A DNA stretch of 64,000 nucleotides from positions 372,001 through 436,000 of the forward strand of contig MU054212.1 in assembly GCA_013239625.1 (NCBI GenBank), in the 5' to 3' direction. Below are positions 39,208 through 53,417 of the stretch, piece by piece; position 1 is the first letter of the stretch, and every line of letters starts with the position of its first letter. The translations under genes were made by a program, and so were the position numbers. The notes below the pieces were generated by a model that was not told where the DNA came from, did not search any database, and was given only the letters and a program-made list of their open reading frames with translations. The stretch is from Lama guanicoe. Its lineage: Eukaryota.

Positions 39208-41334
39208 CTTAACATTTCTTCACTTTATGATTTAAAGTTTTGGTTGTTCTGTTATCCTTTGCATCTTGTGCTTCTTTTCTTAAGTGGATTTTTCTTCTCC
39301 CATTGAAGTTTTTCTAACTTAATCTCTGTATTCAGTTAACATATTTAACTGTTAAAATTATCTTTTTTATTTTGCATTTTCTTAAAGCTTGATTCTTTCC
39401 TATTATGATCTATGGTCACTAATGTCATGTGGATGTTACTCTGCTCTGCTGTTTCTTATCCTTTCATTCTGTTCACCTTTACATTTTAGAGAGGTGGGCC
39501 TATAATTCATTACATGGCATTAATTTGGAGATGGGGCAAAGAGTGTAGCTCATTTCTTTATACACATGCTTTTTCTTCCCTTTCTTCAAATTCAAAATTT
39601 CCTTCTGGGATTACTTTAAGATTTGTCCTTCACTTCATGAAATTTCATTTAATGAAACCAAAAATAATCTGGATCTGACTTTTTTTTTTTAATGTAGGAA
39701 CTAATAGATTTGAGGAGTCACTTTATATCCAGACATCTAGCAGTTAATCTTTACCTTAACAGTATGAGGTAGACAATAAATCCACTTTACGTGGGAGGAA
39801 ACTGCACTGGCAAAGAGTTAAGAAACCGTCCCAAGATTACATAGTTAGTGGATAATTAGGTTAAATTTGACCCTCCAAATTCTCCAGTTTCTACTGTTTG
39901 ATGATGCCTTGTCTGTGTGTTGTCTTAATTTTATAAATGGTGTGAAAATGAATTACAACTTAACTGATTATCTCAGAGTAGTCAGGCTTGATCTAAAGTT
40001 ACCAAAGCAAGTACTCTGAAATATTAAATCTTCAACATTGCCTACTGTCTAGTCTGTTTTCTTGGAAGTTTTTTTGTTGTTTTTGGTTACTTTAAAGTTG
40101 CTACTAACTGAATACTGCCTTTAATGTCAGAGTAGGTAACATTTGGTGAAGTTCTGCCTTACTTAAAATTTTATTTTAATTTTATGTCATATGGAGGAAT
40201 GATACCTAAGGGAAGCTTTAAAGAGCTATAAAAATTAATGTTTCGCTGAGACGTTTTAAAAGCAACATGTAGTTTGTTGAAATTTCTAAGTGGTAATTCT
40301 GAAACTTACTGTTTACTCTTCATAAGATGAAGCAATCCTTATTTCTTATGCTAATATTGTGAAAACATTGTGAGATGTTTAGATGAAAGGAATTACCCAG
40401 TAAAGATAAATTAGATAATTAAAAGTTCTAATTTTATTTGGCTTGCTTATGTTTTGCCACTACTGTTATTACATTACATTTACAGACCTTCCTTCAAGGA
40501 ACTAAAGTATTTCACTTAATCTAAGGAACAGTCACTGCTGAAGTAGAAGATAGAAAGCACTTTTTAAAAAAAAAATTTGAACAAAGCAGTTAAACCATGG
40601 CTGTCTGATAGATTTTAATATTTTTAAAAGCATTTTTGGCAGTCATAGGAATATCACTTTTCAACTGTTGTTAAAAGAGAAAATTGGTACTCATAATCAG
40701 AAGATTTGTGATTCTGTAACTATTTTTCAATTACTGGACTCATTGTCTTTTTTTGTTTTGCTAACTCTTCTTACTCATAGATTTGAATTGAAATGTATTC
40801 TTCAGGCTACCTTCCCTAACTAGTGTACATGGTTGAAAAAATTTAGGCCTGTTTTTCCTTTTTATTGTTTTTTTTTTTTTATAGCTCACCCTCAAGCAAC
40901 TGCTTAAAAGTGCACAGGAAGTAAATTTTCAGTGTCCTTGCATGTCTGAAATGTTTTTATTTTACTGTTGCATTTAGGTGATATTTTGACTGGATATAAA
41001 ATTCTAGGTTCAGAATAGTTTTCCTTCAAAACTTTGAAGACATTTTTTCATCTGTTAGCATCCAGTGCTAAGAAGACTGTTAGCATTTTAATGTTCATTC
41101 TTTTATAGGTAATAAATTTTTTGCCCTTTCTGGAATGTAGGATGTTTTATTCTTTGTTCTGAAATTTCATAATGGGATGTGTGTGTGTGTGCACATGTGT
41201 GTGTATGCATGTGAGTGTTTCCTTTATTGCACTGGACACTCTAGCCTGTTAACCTGAAGACTAGTATCTCTTAAGGTCTGGCAATTTTTGCCTGTTATTT
41301 CCTCTCTCTGTTTTTGTAGTTTCTCTTCTTGGTC

Positions 41335-41561
41335 ATAAACTGATCCTTTGTGCTCTACACTGGAATTTGACACAACATTGTAAAATGATTATAAATCAAT
41401 AAAAAAATGTTAAAAAAATAAAAATTAAAATTAACAAAAATAAACTGATCCTTTGTGCTCTACACTGGAATTTGACACAACATTGTAAAATGATTATAAA
41501 TCAATAAAAAAATGTTAAAAAAATAAAAATTAAAATTAACAAAAATAAACTGATCCTTTGT
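41335..41561 (+). repeat. Perfect 105-bp tandem duplication of a truncated L1 tail plus its TSD
   Basis: ataaactgatcctttgt at 41335, 41440 and 41545, separated by two identical 88-bp L1 tails. Confidence 0.95.
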
Positions 41562-42199
41562 AATCATTTGTCTTGTTTCTGTTGTTTTTTCTTCCACGTT
41601 CTGGGAGATTTCTTCTCGTTTATTCTCCAACCCTATTATTGAAGTTATTTTAATAATCATATGTTTAGTATCCAAGAACTGTATACTGTTTGTTGATCAC
41701 TGCTTTACATATATGTTTGTGTGTGTGGGTACCCTTTTGTTGTTTTATGTCAGCGTCACTTCTCATTCTTCTAAGAATACTAGACAGTTCCTCCTGCCTT
41801 TGCTGTCAGATGTCTTTTGTATCCCCTGTATTGTGAGTCTTTCCTCCAGAATCAGTTCTATTTATTTTGATTTTTCTCTTCCGTATTACTGGTTTGCTTT
41901 ATACACTAGTGATCTTTGGTTGTGTGTATTTAAGAATGCAGAACTGGCTTTAATTTTCTGCATTAATTGGCGTGATGCTCTCTGCTTTTTACTGTCTGTT
42001 TTACTCCAGCCCTTCCTCATTCTCCCTTCCCCAGGAGCTTTCCTATGAAGAGGAAGATCAGCTGAGGACTCTGTGTATGTTACAGGAGCTCTACTTTTCA
42101 GTAAGAAAATGGGGAGTTGCAGCTTTGACTTGCGTAGGATTTTACACTGGGGTGCTGACACTTGGCTACAGCCCTATTTTTATAATTTCTCTGGTGATC

Positions 42200-43000
42200 C
42201 TCCTTTAACTCATTGCTTATTTTGGAGTGCATTATTTAATATTCACATATTTGTGGATTTTTCCAGATTTCTTTGTTGTTTTCTAGTTTAATTCCATTGT
42301 GGTGAGAGAACATACTTTGTATGATTTTGGTGCTTTTAAACTTATTGAGACTTCTGTTGTGACCTAGAAAATGGTCTATCCTAAAGAATGTTCTAAGTGT
42401 GCTTAAGAAGAACGTAATTTTACATTGTTGGCTGGAGTGTTCTATAGATATCAGTTAGGTCTAGGTGGTGGTTAATGTGTTCAAGTCTGCTATATCCATG
42501 CTGATTTTCTGTCTTATTTGTTCTGTCCATTATTGAAAGTACATGTCTACAACTATTATTGTTGAATTTCTATTTCTCTCTTCAATTCTGTCAGTTTTTG
42601 CTCTGTTATTTGGGGGCTTTAGTGTTAGATGTATTTACAATTGGTCCATCTCTCTCATGAATTGATCCTTTTATTATAAAATTAACTGTCTCTAGTGACA
42701 CTTTTATCTTAAAGTCTGTTTTGTGTGATATTAATTAATGTAGTTATTCCTGCTTTCATTTGGTTTTCATTTGCATGGTATATCTTTTTCCATCCTTTTG
42801 CTTTCAGCCTAGTTGTATCTTCAAATCTGAAGTGTCTATTGTAGACAGCATTTGTTGGATCTTATTTTTTTGTCCTATCTCACAAATTCTGCCTTTTGAT
42901 TAGAGTGTTTAATCAGTTCATGGTTAACGTTATTGATATGGTTGGATTTATGCCAGTCATTTGGCTTTCTATATGTCTCATGTCTTTTTTGTTCCTTTGT
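42200..43000 (-). mobile_element. Old L1 ORF2 endonuclease-region fragment
   Basis: tttctagtttaattccattgtggtgagagaacatactttgtatgattt...tttgcatggtatatctttttccatcc. Confidence 0.88.
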
Positions 43001-43947
43001 CTTTTTCTGTACCTACCCCCACTTTGCTCTTTTTGGAACTCCTATTGATATGATGGACCTTCTAGAATAATCCTCTAGTTTTTAATCTTCTCTATTTTGA
43101 TTTAATTTATTTAAATTGAAGTAGCCACATGTGGCTGTGGCTATCATTTTGGACGGTAGTTATAGATGTTTCCCACCATTGGCTGTGGATTCAGCATGCT
43201 CAGGTCAGTTTCTGTTTGCCCACCAGATGCCTTGCCCACCAACTGCCTTGCCTTTTTTTTCTCCCCACTCATTCTTCCTGTCCTCATGGCCTTGTGTGCT
43301 TAAAAATACACATATATCTTTACTGTAGTTTTGTGGGATTTTGGGAGGGAGCAAAAATAGATGCAGGTGTTCACCTTGTCATCTTAGATCTTGATTGTCC
43401 TAATTCCTGTCTTTGGAATCTACTCCAATTAAACCATGATGCCCAACTCTTTAGTCTAGAAATTCTAGTTCTACTAATGCAACCTATGATCTCTAATTTT
43501 TATTTTTTAATGTCTATATCAACATTGTTGATATGAGCTTTATATAAAAATCTAAATTCTTTTTATTTGTTTGTTTTAGTTGTATAGTTTTCACATTTTG
43601 TCTCCTTATTTTAAAATTTATGATATGTACTACCATGCTATGACTTCCGTAGACACAGACTTAGGGTAGTGAGTTAAAATTATTATCTTAGAATTTATAT
43701 TTTTTAAATTTCTACTGTGGGGTCTGTGTGTCTTTTTTAACTATGTTTTTTCCTGATTGTATAAATAATGAAATTAGAGAAATTTTGAAAAATATAGAAA
43801 AACACTAAGCAGAAAATCTGTAATACTGGTACCTACAACATAGCTGTTATTAACATTTTGGAATACACTTTACATCACCCAGCCCTTCTGTGCAATACCT
43901 GTATTTTCCTCTTCCCTTCAGCACTCATAAATAATTAGTAAAAGCTA

Positions 43948-44065
43948 TTTTTTATTTTTATTTTCTGATTATTTATTTTTTCTTAATGGCGGTACTGGGG
44001 ATTGGACCCAGAACCTCATACATGCTAAGCATATGGTCTGCCACTGAACTATACCCACCCCTCCC
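43948..44065 (-). mobile_element. Camelid Vic-like SINE
   Basis: ggtactggggattggacccag...tgctaagcat...ccactgaactataccc, flanked by taaaagct on both sides. Confidence 0.85.
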
Positions 44066-44570
44066 AATAAAAGCTGCTTTATAATTTTTAACATAATAGT
44101 ACATTGTGAATTTCTGCTAACATTAGAGTCTTTTTTTAATGCTGAAAAGAAATTTACCTTTTTTTAAACTATGCATTCTTTGACAAAAACAGCTAAAAAA
44201 GTAGTTGAACACTTGTATGGTATATGCTATGCTGAGCAAAGCAGGTACAGGCTTGCTTAAGATACAGTTCTGCCTGTTGGTACTGGACTGGATTCATATT
44301 TTTGCTATAATAAATTAAAACAAGGTCAGTTTCTTTAATAAGTTCCTTTGGATAGAGTCTAAATTGGCATATTTTTATAGAATTTCACTCACAATTGCAG
44401 TCTATAGAAAATGATGTTGTAGCATGCTTTCAGCCTATTTGAGAGTATATTAAAGGCATAGTAACTAGTTAATTTTCTCTATATTTGCCAAGTCAGTTCT
44501 TTAGATGTTCATAAAGTATACAAAATCTTGAAATTTAAATATAAGGAAGTATCTTTTAGTAGTTGCAAAC

Positions 44571-44917
<347 letters not shown>

Positions 44918-47900
44918 TAAGTATTTAAAGCATAGTATGCTGAGGTTAAAACCTATTATTAAATTTGTTACCATCAGATGGATTATTTACATATATTTTT
45001 CTTTATTTAAAAGTTCAAATGTCCTTTTTTCCCTTTTCACAGATTTAGTCTCATGCTAATTTTAGTAAGAAATAAGGTATAAAAAGGTTGTGCAAATACT
45101 GTCCATGTTGGCCTTAAAGTCTCACCAGGTGTAAAGACAAGAAGCAAATTTCTTTTGGATATGTCTGTATTTACTTCTTTGGTTTTATCTTTATTTCATT
45201 TATTTTTGGTAAAGTTAAACACAAAGCAGACTATTTAGTGTTCTACAGAGGTGTATACTTTTTTGGATTTTCACTGTTTTTTTGAACACATTACTAATAA
45301 GTATACCATTTTTAGTTTATTCTTCTTACCCACTTAATGTGGGGTTTTCTTATCTTTATCTTTTTCAAATTAATTCCATCTTTTGACTTTTCTATTAATT
45401 ATATTGCTATCCTCTGGTTACATAAGCAAGAATGAACATATGTTCATTGTTTTAAAAAGAGATAGAAAGAACATAGTTCTATTCTGCTACTATTAACAAT
45501 CTAATAAACATCTGTCCAGGTCTGGGTTTATCTATCTTTCTGTCTGTCTCTGACCCTCCTCATACCCCCTCCTCTCTCTTCTCTTTTAAATTTTAATGGA
45601 ATCATATTACTTTCTTGTGACATGTTTTATATTATTTTAGACTATGTATTAGAAATCTTTACATCTTTATCTATTTAGGTCTATAGATTCTGTGGTTTGT
45701 GTGTATGAATGCATGATGCATTTATTTAGGAATATAAGAATATTATTGATGAGTAGAAAACTATTACATTTTAATAGACATAGTTGAGATTCATAATTGT
45801 ATTATCATTAGTACTTGAAGTAAACTCCAGTCATGTCTAAAATGTAATAATCAGATTTCTAGCAACTTTAACTGTCTGAAAAATAGCCAAAAGCTCAAGC
45901 AAAAAACCTAGATGTTAAAGAGTAGACAGCCCTTTTCATGGCTACATTGTGTCGGTGTCATTTATTTACCCCTATTCTCATATTGATGGGCAGTTCAGTT
46001 TTTGGTTGAGTGTTTCAAAGTGTCCATTTCCCTACATCCTCTTCAGCTTTGGGCAGAAATGTATTAATTGATAACATTAATACCACAGTACCACTACCTC
46101 ACCTACCAAAGACTACCCATTATTTGTTATTCTTTAATAGCCAGTCAGTATTCATATTTCTACAGTTGTCCATTTTCAGGTAGTTTGTAGCAGTTTTTGT
46201 TGAAACCTGTCAATCATAGATCACACGTTGCATTTGTCATTTTTTAATCTGGAATAGCTCCCTTCCTATTTTTTTCTTTTATGTCATTGACTTCTTGAAA
46301 AAGTAAGGCCGTTTTCCTAAAATTATGCCACTTTCTGGATTTTTCTCATCATTTTCTTTATCTTGTTTGTTTATTTCCTGTAAAATAGAAATTCTATCTG
46401 TAGTCCAGATTAAATATTTTTGACAGCAGTGCTTCATGGGTAAAACTGTCTTATTTTGCATCATATCAGGAGCTAGATTATCAGGTTATTCCACCCTTAG
46501 GGATTGATGGCCAGACTTCTCCATTATTGAAATATATTTTCCCCTAATATCACCGAGTAATCCGATTTGGGAGGATGGATGTGTGATACTATGAAATCTT
46601 TTAGAAATACAATGCTCTCTCAATCTCTTTTTAATGGTTTTAGTATCCATTGGTGATTCTTGCCTGAATTATTTAATTAGAGATTACAAAATGATAATTT
46701 CCCATTTCTGTTGTTCTTTCTACATTATCAGCTGGCATTCTTCTGTAAACAAGAATTCTCCCTCATCATTTGGGGCTATTGGTTACCTTAGAATATAGTT
46801 TCTACTAGAAAAACATGGTACATCTTAATTTTTTCCCTTTAATTGACAATTTTCAGAGTAAGATCGTATATGAATTACCTACAATAGTGACAAATGAGGT
46901 TTTGTGTGTTGTGTATGTTTTGTTTCCTTTTGCTTTTGACCGGAGTGGGGCTTTTTGTTTTTGAGTATGATACATGGAATTTTATGTATTCAATGTGTGT
47001 CAGTCAGTTAGTTCATTGTTCTTACTGATGCTCAAATTATCTCAGTCTTGTCTGCCTACTCATCTTTTGTGATCACTTCTGTCATGTTCGTTTTGAGTCT
47101 TCCATCTTTTAAATCTTTAAATATTTCATTACTTTGTAAGATAATTCTGTAACCTGAAATACTTGAGACTCCATATCTGAGTTACTTTCCGCTGACTCCA
47201 GGGGTAAGGGAATTAGGATCACTTTGGCACCATTCCAGGAGCTGAGGCTTAAACTGGAAATCTCAAATTCAGTCCCTCCACCAGTGCTGATACCAACATC
47301 TGCTTGTTTGCTCTGCTTGGGTTTTAGCTCACAGCTTCATTTTGTTGTTGTTGATTGTGGTGGTAGTATGGGGTTCTCTTGGATTTCCTGTCCTGTGAGC
47401 TCAGCAGTTTAGTAAAAAGTATATTTTTATGCAGGATCTGGTTGTTTTGTAGTAAGACTACTGTTGGAATATTTAGTCACCTCTACTGCTGTCAAGTGTT
47501 TGCTTAGTCCAAGGAGGTTTTTTTGGTTATTTCTTTGAGTGTTTGTTCCTTTCCATTCTCTCGTTTCTTCTTCTGGAACTCATATTAAATTGATGTTGGA
47601 TCCCCCTTGTGCCTAACTTTTATACTTTGTAACTTTATTCTTTTGTGCTGAACTTTAGAAGAATCACTTTGGTGGATATTATCAGTGCTATCTTCAATCA
47701 CATTTATTCTTTCTTCCCATGTATTATGTTTTTGATTTTTACGATCTTTGTTTCTTTTTCATGGCATCAGCATTTGAAATCTTTCTGAAGATGTCACATA
47801 TCTCTTGTTTCCTACATTAAAACTACTTATCCAAAAGTTAATTCTTCTCTTTGACTAGCTTATAATTTTTTTTAAAGATTTTTGTGTTTTTCAGGGTTTT

Positions 47901-48371
47901 GTTTGTTTGTTTATTGATCTTCATTGTGTATAATTGTCAGTATTTCTAGATTGATGGCTTGTTAAATGTAATCTTACTTCATTAACCCAGGGAAGAATCC
48001 TTCCTCTGCTAATAGTGAATGCAAGTTCTGACTGACAGGAGCCCTACTCCAGTGGCTGAAAGTGGGAGGGAGAACACTTGACTGGAGAGCTTTTCTGTTG
48101 GGTATATAAGTAGTTTATCTTCTGGGTATGGAAATACCTTCTCTAGTGATCACTATATGTTACTTAGAGCACTGCCCTGATATCCTTGTCTCAGTATTTA
48201 TTAATGGATTCCCCTGTCTTAAAACTTCTAGATCTATGTCCTCATGGCTTTATCCTAAGAGCAACTATTAGCCACTCTTTATTTACCCATTCAGCAATTT
48301 CTGGGCCTTGCTGCCTTTAGAATTAATATGAGGTTCTGCTGGGGAAGCCCACCCCCCACTTTTTTTTTTTT

Positions 48372-48615
48372 NNNNNNNNNNNNNNNNNNNNNNNNNNNNN
48401 NNNNNNNNNNNNNNNNNNNNNNNNNNNNNNNNNNNNNNNNNNNNNNNNNNNNNNNNNNNNNNNNNNNNNNNNNNNNNNNNNNNNNNNNNNNNNNNNNNNN
48501 NNNNNNNNNNNNNNNNNNNNNNNNNNNNNNNNNNNNNNNNNNNNNNNNNNNNNNNNNNNNNNNNNNNNNNNNNNNNNNNNNNNNNNNNNNNNNNNNNNNN
48601 NNNNNNNNNNNNNNN
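48372..48615. other. Assembly gap (244 N)
   Basis: Run of N directly after a poly-T tract. Confidence 1.
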
Positions 48616-49652
48616 CTTTTTCTCCTTAGAATTTCACTTAGTATGATTAACTTCGTTTCTGAGAGGTTAATTGTACTTACTCTGATACCCTTGTCACTTT
48701 CAGTTGTAAAAAAAAATATATGTTTATGTAATTCTTGTCTCTCATTAGACTACACTTTCCTTTTGGTGCTTGTCTTATCTTAAGGTTTCCTTAAGATCCT
48801 CCACAGGAGGTAGTTTATTAACCTCACATATTGTAGCTAGTCAATAAATTTTTATGTACTCAGTGTAAGAAAATATGTTTAGATTTATAAAGCAGTAAAT
48901 TATTAACAGATTTTTGGAGTATGATTAACTTTGTTTCTGAGAGGTTAATTGTACTTACTCTGACTTGATCTCTTTGATATATCCCTCCTAGTAAGGCACA
49001 TACTTAACCAATGACATAATATTAAGGATTGATTAAAATTTTGTGCTGGCTGCAGTAGGAATTATAACCCAAAACTGAATTTCTGCTTTATAAATAAGGA
49101 TAGATAGGAAAATTTAGTAAAGGTAGATTCAAACAAGCAGATACTACTTCATTGGATATATTTAAATTACTGTTATCATAATTATTCATAAAACAGTATG
49201 ACTAAGGAAGAAAATTTCCTTAATGTGCTTAATATTATGAAATTACACTGATAGTCAGTGTTATATTTTATGATCAGATTTATTTCAAGGTAAATGACTC
49301 ACTAAAATGGTATTTGAAATTAGTAGGACTGAGTAACCAGATGGAATGCTTTCTTGTCCACGGTATGAATAATTAAACCATACTCCCCAGTACATGAGGT
49401 ACTCTTTCTTTTTTGCCTACAAGCATTACCTAAAATTATTAGTTAATCATTTATGTGGAACAGGTTCAATATGAGATGTAGTAATCACTACCTAGTAACA
49501 AATTAGTTTTGAACAGTAGCATGAAGCTTGACTAACATTATGACTTAGAATTTGAAATCCTAATTTCTCCGTAATTGTTGAAATTATTGAAAAAGCCTTG
49601 ACATATGTGTTAACATCACTATAATGTGCTTCTTTTCCACATTATATTTAAG

Positions 49653-49719
49653 TGAATGAAAAGAATACTCTACAGGAAGAAAATAAAAAGCTTTCTGAAC
49701 AGCTGCAGCAGAAAATTGT
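49653..49719 (+). CDS. RBBP8: RBBP8 exon 6
   Basis: tttaag| (M)NEKNTLQEENKKLSEQLQQKI(V) |gtaagt. 67 nt. Confidence 0.97.
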
Positions 49720-50899
49720 GTAAGTATTTTTTCTTAACTGTGGCAGAAAATTGAATATTTCCCCCAATTTCTCTTTCTTCATTTTACTTAGCTATGCAAA
49801 CTGTAAAGATATATTAAGAGTTAAAGATTTCATTTTTTTAATTATAAAATGTTCTGCAATTGAAAATATAAAAATAACTGTGTTTTTGTTTCAATTTGGG
49901 AGTATATATAAAGAGCGTATGCGTCTCTTAAGTTAATGTATGAATATAAAGTACCAGAACATTTTAATTTAAAGCATTTTGATTTTTATAACTATTATAA
50001 ATAATAAATTATTCAAATAAATTATTTGAAATACTTACATTTTAAATAAATGTTTGAGTTTTGTTACCTCCCTTTCAGCCTGTCCCAGAAGCTTCATAAA
50101 AGCAATCTGATTAAGTATTTCCTCTTACACACTCCTCAGGTCTGGGGAACTTCTTCCTTCTGTTCCTCTCCCCTCTCCCTCCATTTTGTTTAATAAAAAA
50201 ATAGTAATTTTTATCCTGGGTACCAGTTACTCTTCTTTGTGTTTTACACTTATTATTTCTTATCCCCACTATGATTCTTCATGGTAGTTTTATTATCTCT
50301 GCTTTATAGACAAGCTAACCAAATCTCAAAAAGTAAAATAAGACATCACTCAGAACCCCATCTTCTGAGTTAGAGGACTCTGTTCTTTCCATTATCCAAC
50401 AGTGTCCTAAAAAAAAGAATCTGTTTTTCTGGATCTAGTCTGACTGATGCAGAGCAGAGGTATGGCCAGTTCTTAGTTCCCATTTATATAAAACTTACGT
50501 AATATTTTTTAAGAGTTAGGATTCAGGATAGTCTTAATGATTTATAGGGTTTTTAAAGGCTCTGTTGCATTTGAGTGGACATCCACAAAAACTTTGGTAA
50601 GCTATGTGAACGTAACATACTATTTTGGCTTAGAGTAGTTATTGTCTTATGTGTAAACACATCTCACAAGTGGAATTAACATCTTTATAGGTATGCTTTC
50701 AAGTAGTAGATGTCCAATAGCATTTTGATATTTCCCCATGTTATCAGTCCACTGAACATTGGTAGCCAAAGACAATTTTGAGGGGGCCTAATAGATGAGG
50801 AAAGAAGGCTATGGGATCAGACTGAGGTTATCAAACGTGTATATGAAAATGTCAGCACTTTTTATTCATGGTACGTATCTGAAGTGAGGTCGGAACATG

Positions 50900-51208
50900 A
50901 ATCCACAATCTTTTCTATATGATTCCAAAACCTGAGAGTTTTTTTTTGAAATGTTATTCACAACCTAAGCTCACCTCAACTGACAAGATGCTATTTATTA
51001 TAGTCCTTACTTGTCCCACTTCCTGTGAGCATTTCTGTGCTTTGCTGTGGAAATATCAGTGTGCTTGACTACAAGATGATACCTCAGGCTCCAATGGAGG
51101 TGTTTTGTAACAAGCTGTATATGCTCTGTTTTACCCTTAATTAAAAAAAAATAATTAAATTCTGAATTACACCTGGTTCCAAAGGTTTCAGATAAGTATT
51201 TGTTAACG
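50900..51208. mobile_element. MER96B-like DNA transposon
   Basis: Ends aattctgaattacacctggttccaaaggtttcagataag, like the recalled MER96B terminus. Confidence 0.5.
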
Positions 51209-53370
51209 TATATTAATTTTTGTTATGTAAAGTAAGTTAGCAATACGGTATTTTGAGCACATCAGCCCTGATATTTATGAATACCAGAGATAAAATAACT
51301 AGTCTGTAGAGGTTAATACAGAGTTAGGTGAATGCCTCCAAAACCAAGGTTATAAAGTGTATTGAAACTAGATAATGTCATTTTCTTGGTGAAATATGAG
51401 TTCTAGTTTATTTTTTAACTAGAATTAGTTTATTTTTAACATTCTCAAAATCACAGATTTTTCTCTTGAAGCTCATTGATATTTTAGAAAAGAAGTAAAA
51501 GCTGAAGTTTGAAATTACAGTAAAGCTCAACATACAGATGAGCTCAGGGCACGTATATTTAATTCAGTACAAACCTTGCAACAGTGTAGGAGGTAATTTA
51601 TTGTGTCTTTCAGTTTTCTCCTGAAATTTAAGATAGTTATTCTCAGAAGCCAACTTCTTCTGTAGCTTGCTATCCTCAAATTCCCTTTACTTTCAATTTT
51701 TAAAAAATAGCAAATATTATCTTATAAGGCAACCTAGTTTCCTTTGACTACCTAAACCACTGTAAAATCTATTTAGTGCCTGAAATTTCCCTGAACTTTG
51801 GAAAAAGTATTACTTGATTTATACTTTTTCTTACTAAATGCCGTAATTCTGACTCACCTAAGCTCTGTTTGATGTTACAGATACTTTTATGGTATGATAA
51901 GTGTTTAGTGACACTATAGTAAGAAATTATTTAGAAAAAAATTTGTTGCTACAAAGTTCAAAATATGTGTTCAACTCTACCAATCACAAAAAGCAAATAA
52001 TTAAATAAGCTACACGTTGAGGTCATGACTCATTTTGTTTTGGGAAATGGATGTGATGGGCCAGTGAAAGTCAAAGACATCTGTATACACTTCAGGGCTA
52101 TAGGATTCACTTCATTCAGTGCTCACTTCTAAATTGAATTCCTTATATTACTTCTTTAAGAAATAGCCATTGTTTCAACACTTCTTATACAAGTTCACTC
52201 TTTCCCAAGCCTTTTTAATTTTAGTGAGATGATACTAGTAGGAAGTTCTGCATTTGGATAGAAATCACTGTACTTGTAAGTGATACTTGCTGATTCTGAT
52301 TTTGCCTTCTGGGACCACCTGGAACAAGTTTACCCCCTCTTCTACTCAATAGCCCTTTGTATGCCTGAAGACAGCTACCAGGGCCCTCCTGAGTCTCATA
52401 CTTTTCAGCATAGATACCCTGTGTTTATTAACTATTCCTCAGTGAAATAGCATTCCTTCAGGACTCTTCAAATTACCATTTCTCTTTAATGTTTCAGTTT
52501 ATCGATATTTTAATTAAGAATTTAGTCTCCTAGATACAGTCTGACCAATAAAGTAGTACTGTCCCGTCTATTTTTCTGTATGTGGTCAAAATACATTACT
52601 GGTGGTTCCTTACTGCGTTTACTGCTAACTAGAACCTTTAAGTCAGAGTCTTCCCTGTCCTCTACTTGTAGACTTTTTGTGTCAGTATAAAAATAGAGGA
52701 CTTCAGAGTCATGGCTTTATGGTAGTTGTTGAGAAAACCTTTTATCAAAAGACTCTTCATTTTAAGATAAGAGTACTATTGATTACTGTTTTCTGGGCAT
52801 TGTATTACATTTGTATATATATATTTTTTTTTCACAGCTTTCCTACAAAAAGGAAGTAGGAAAGTACAGAACTGTACCTACTTAATAGATGAGGTGACTG
52901 AGGCTGAGGTTAACTTACCCAGTGTGACTAGTAAGTGTCAGATGCAGGATTTGGACCCAGGTTCTACCTCACTTCAGGGTTTGTATACCCTTTCTTTAGT
53001 TTTGTGCTGAAACAGCCTTACAAGTTTGCCTGCATGGTGTCACCCTGTGTAGGTGGCAAGGCCTGAATTCTCTCTCTTCTAGCTCACTTAAGTGAGGCTT
53101 TTCTCTTTCATTTATTCTGTTCTATTTGTTTTTTTTAGATTTGGCCCATTTCAACCTCTAGGGGGTGGGTCTTTAATATGTTGATTTTTTCCCGACCACT
53201 GTGTATTAGGTCAGCTTTTATTGTCAACTTTGTGTCTTCCACAGACTTGATAAATATTCCACCAGTGCCCTGCATCAAAAACTAGTAATAAACGTTGAAC
53301 AAAACCTGCCTGAGGATGGAGCCCTGAGGCATACTACCACAAGTTTCCTCAGTGATGATAATTCTTTGTG

Positions 53371-53417
53371 TGGTGTTCAGTCGTTTGGTGTTCAGTCATT
53401 TGGTGTTCAGTCATTTG
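53371..53417. repeat. 15-bp x3 tandem repeat
   Basis: tggtgttcagtc(g/a)tt at 53371, 53386 and 53401. Confidence 0.93.

Noticed and set aside
41335..41561. Repeat-spacer-repeat pattern resembling a CRISPR array
   Set aside because: Mammalian intron. The 'spacers' are identical L1 tails and the 'repeats' are TSDs.
48328..48783. 151-aa ORF
   Set aside because: Artefact of translating through the N gap.
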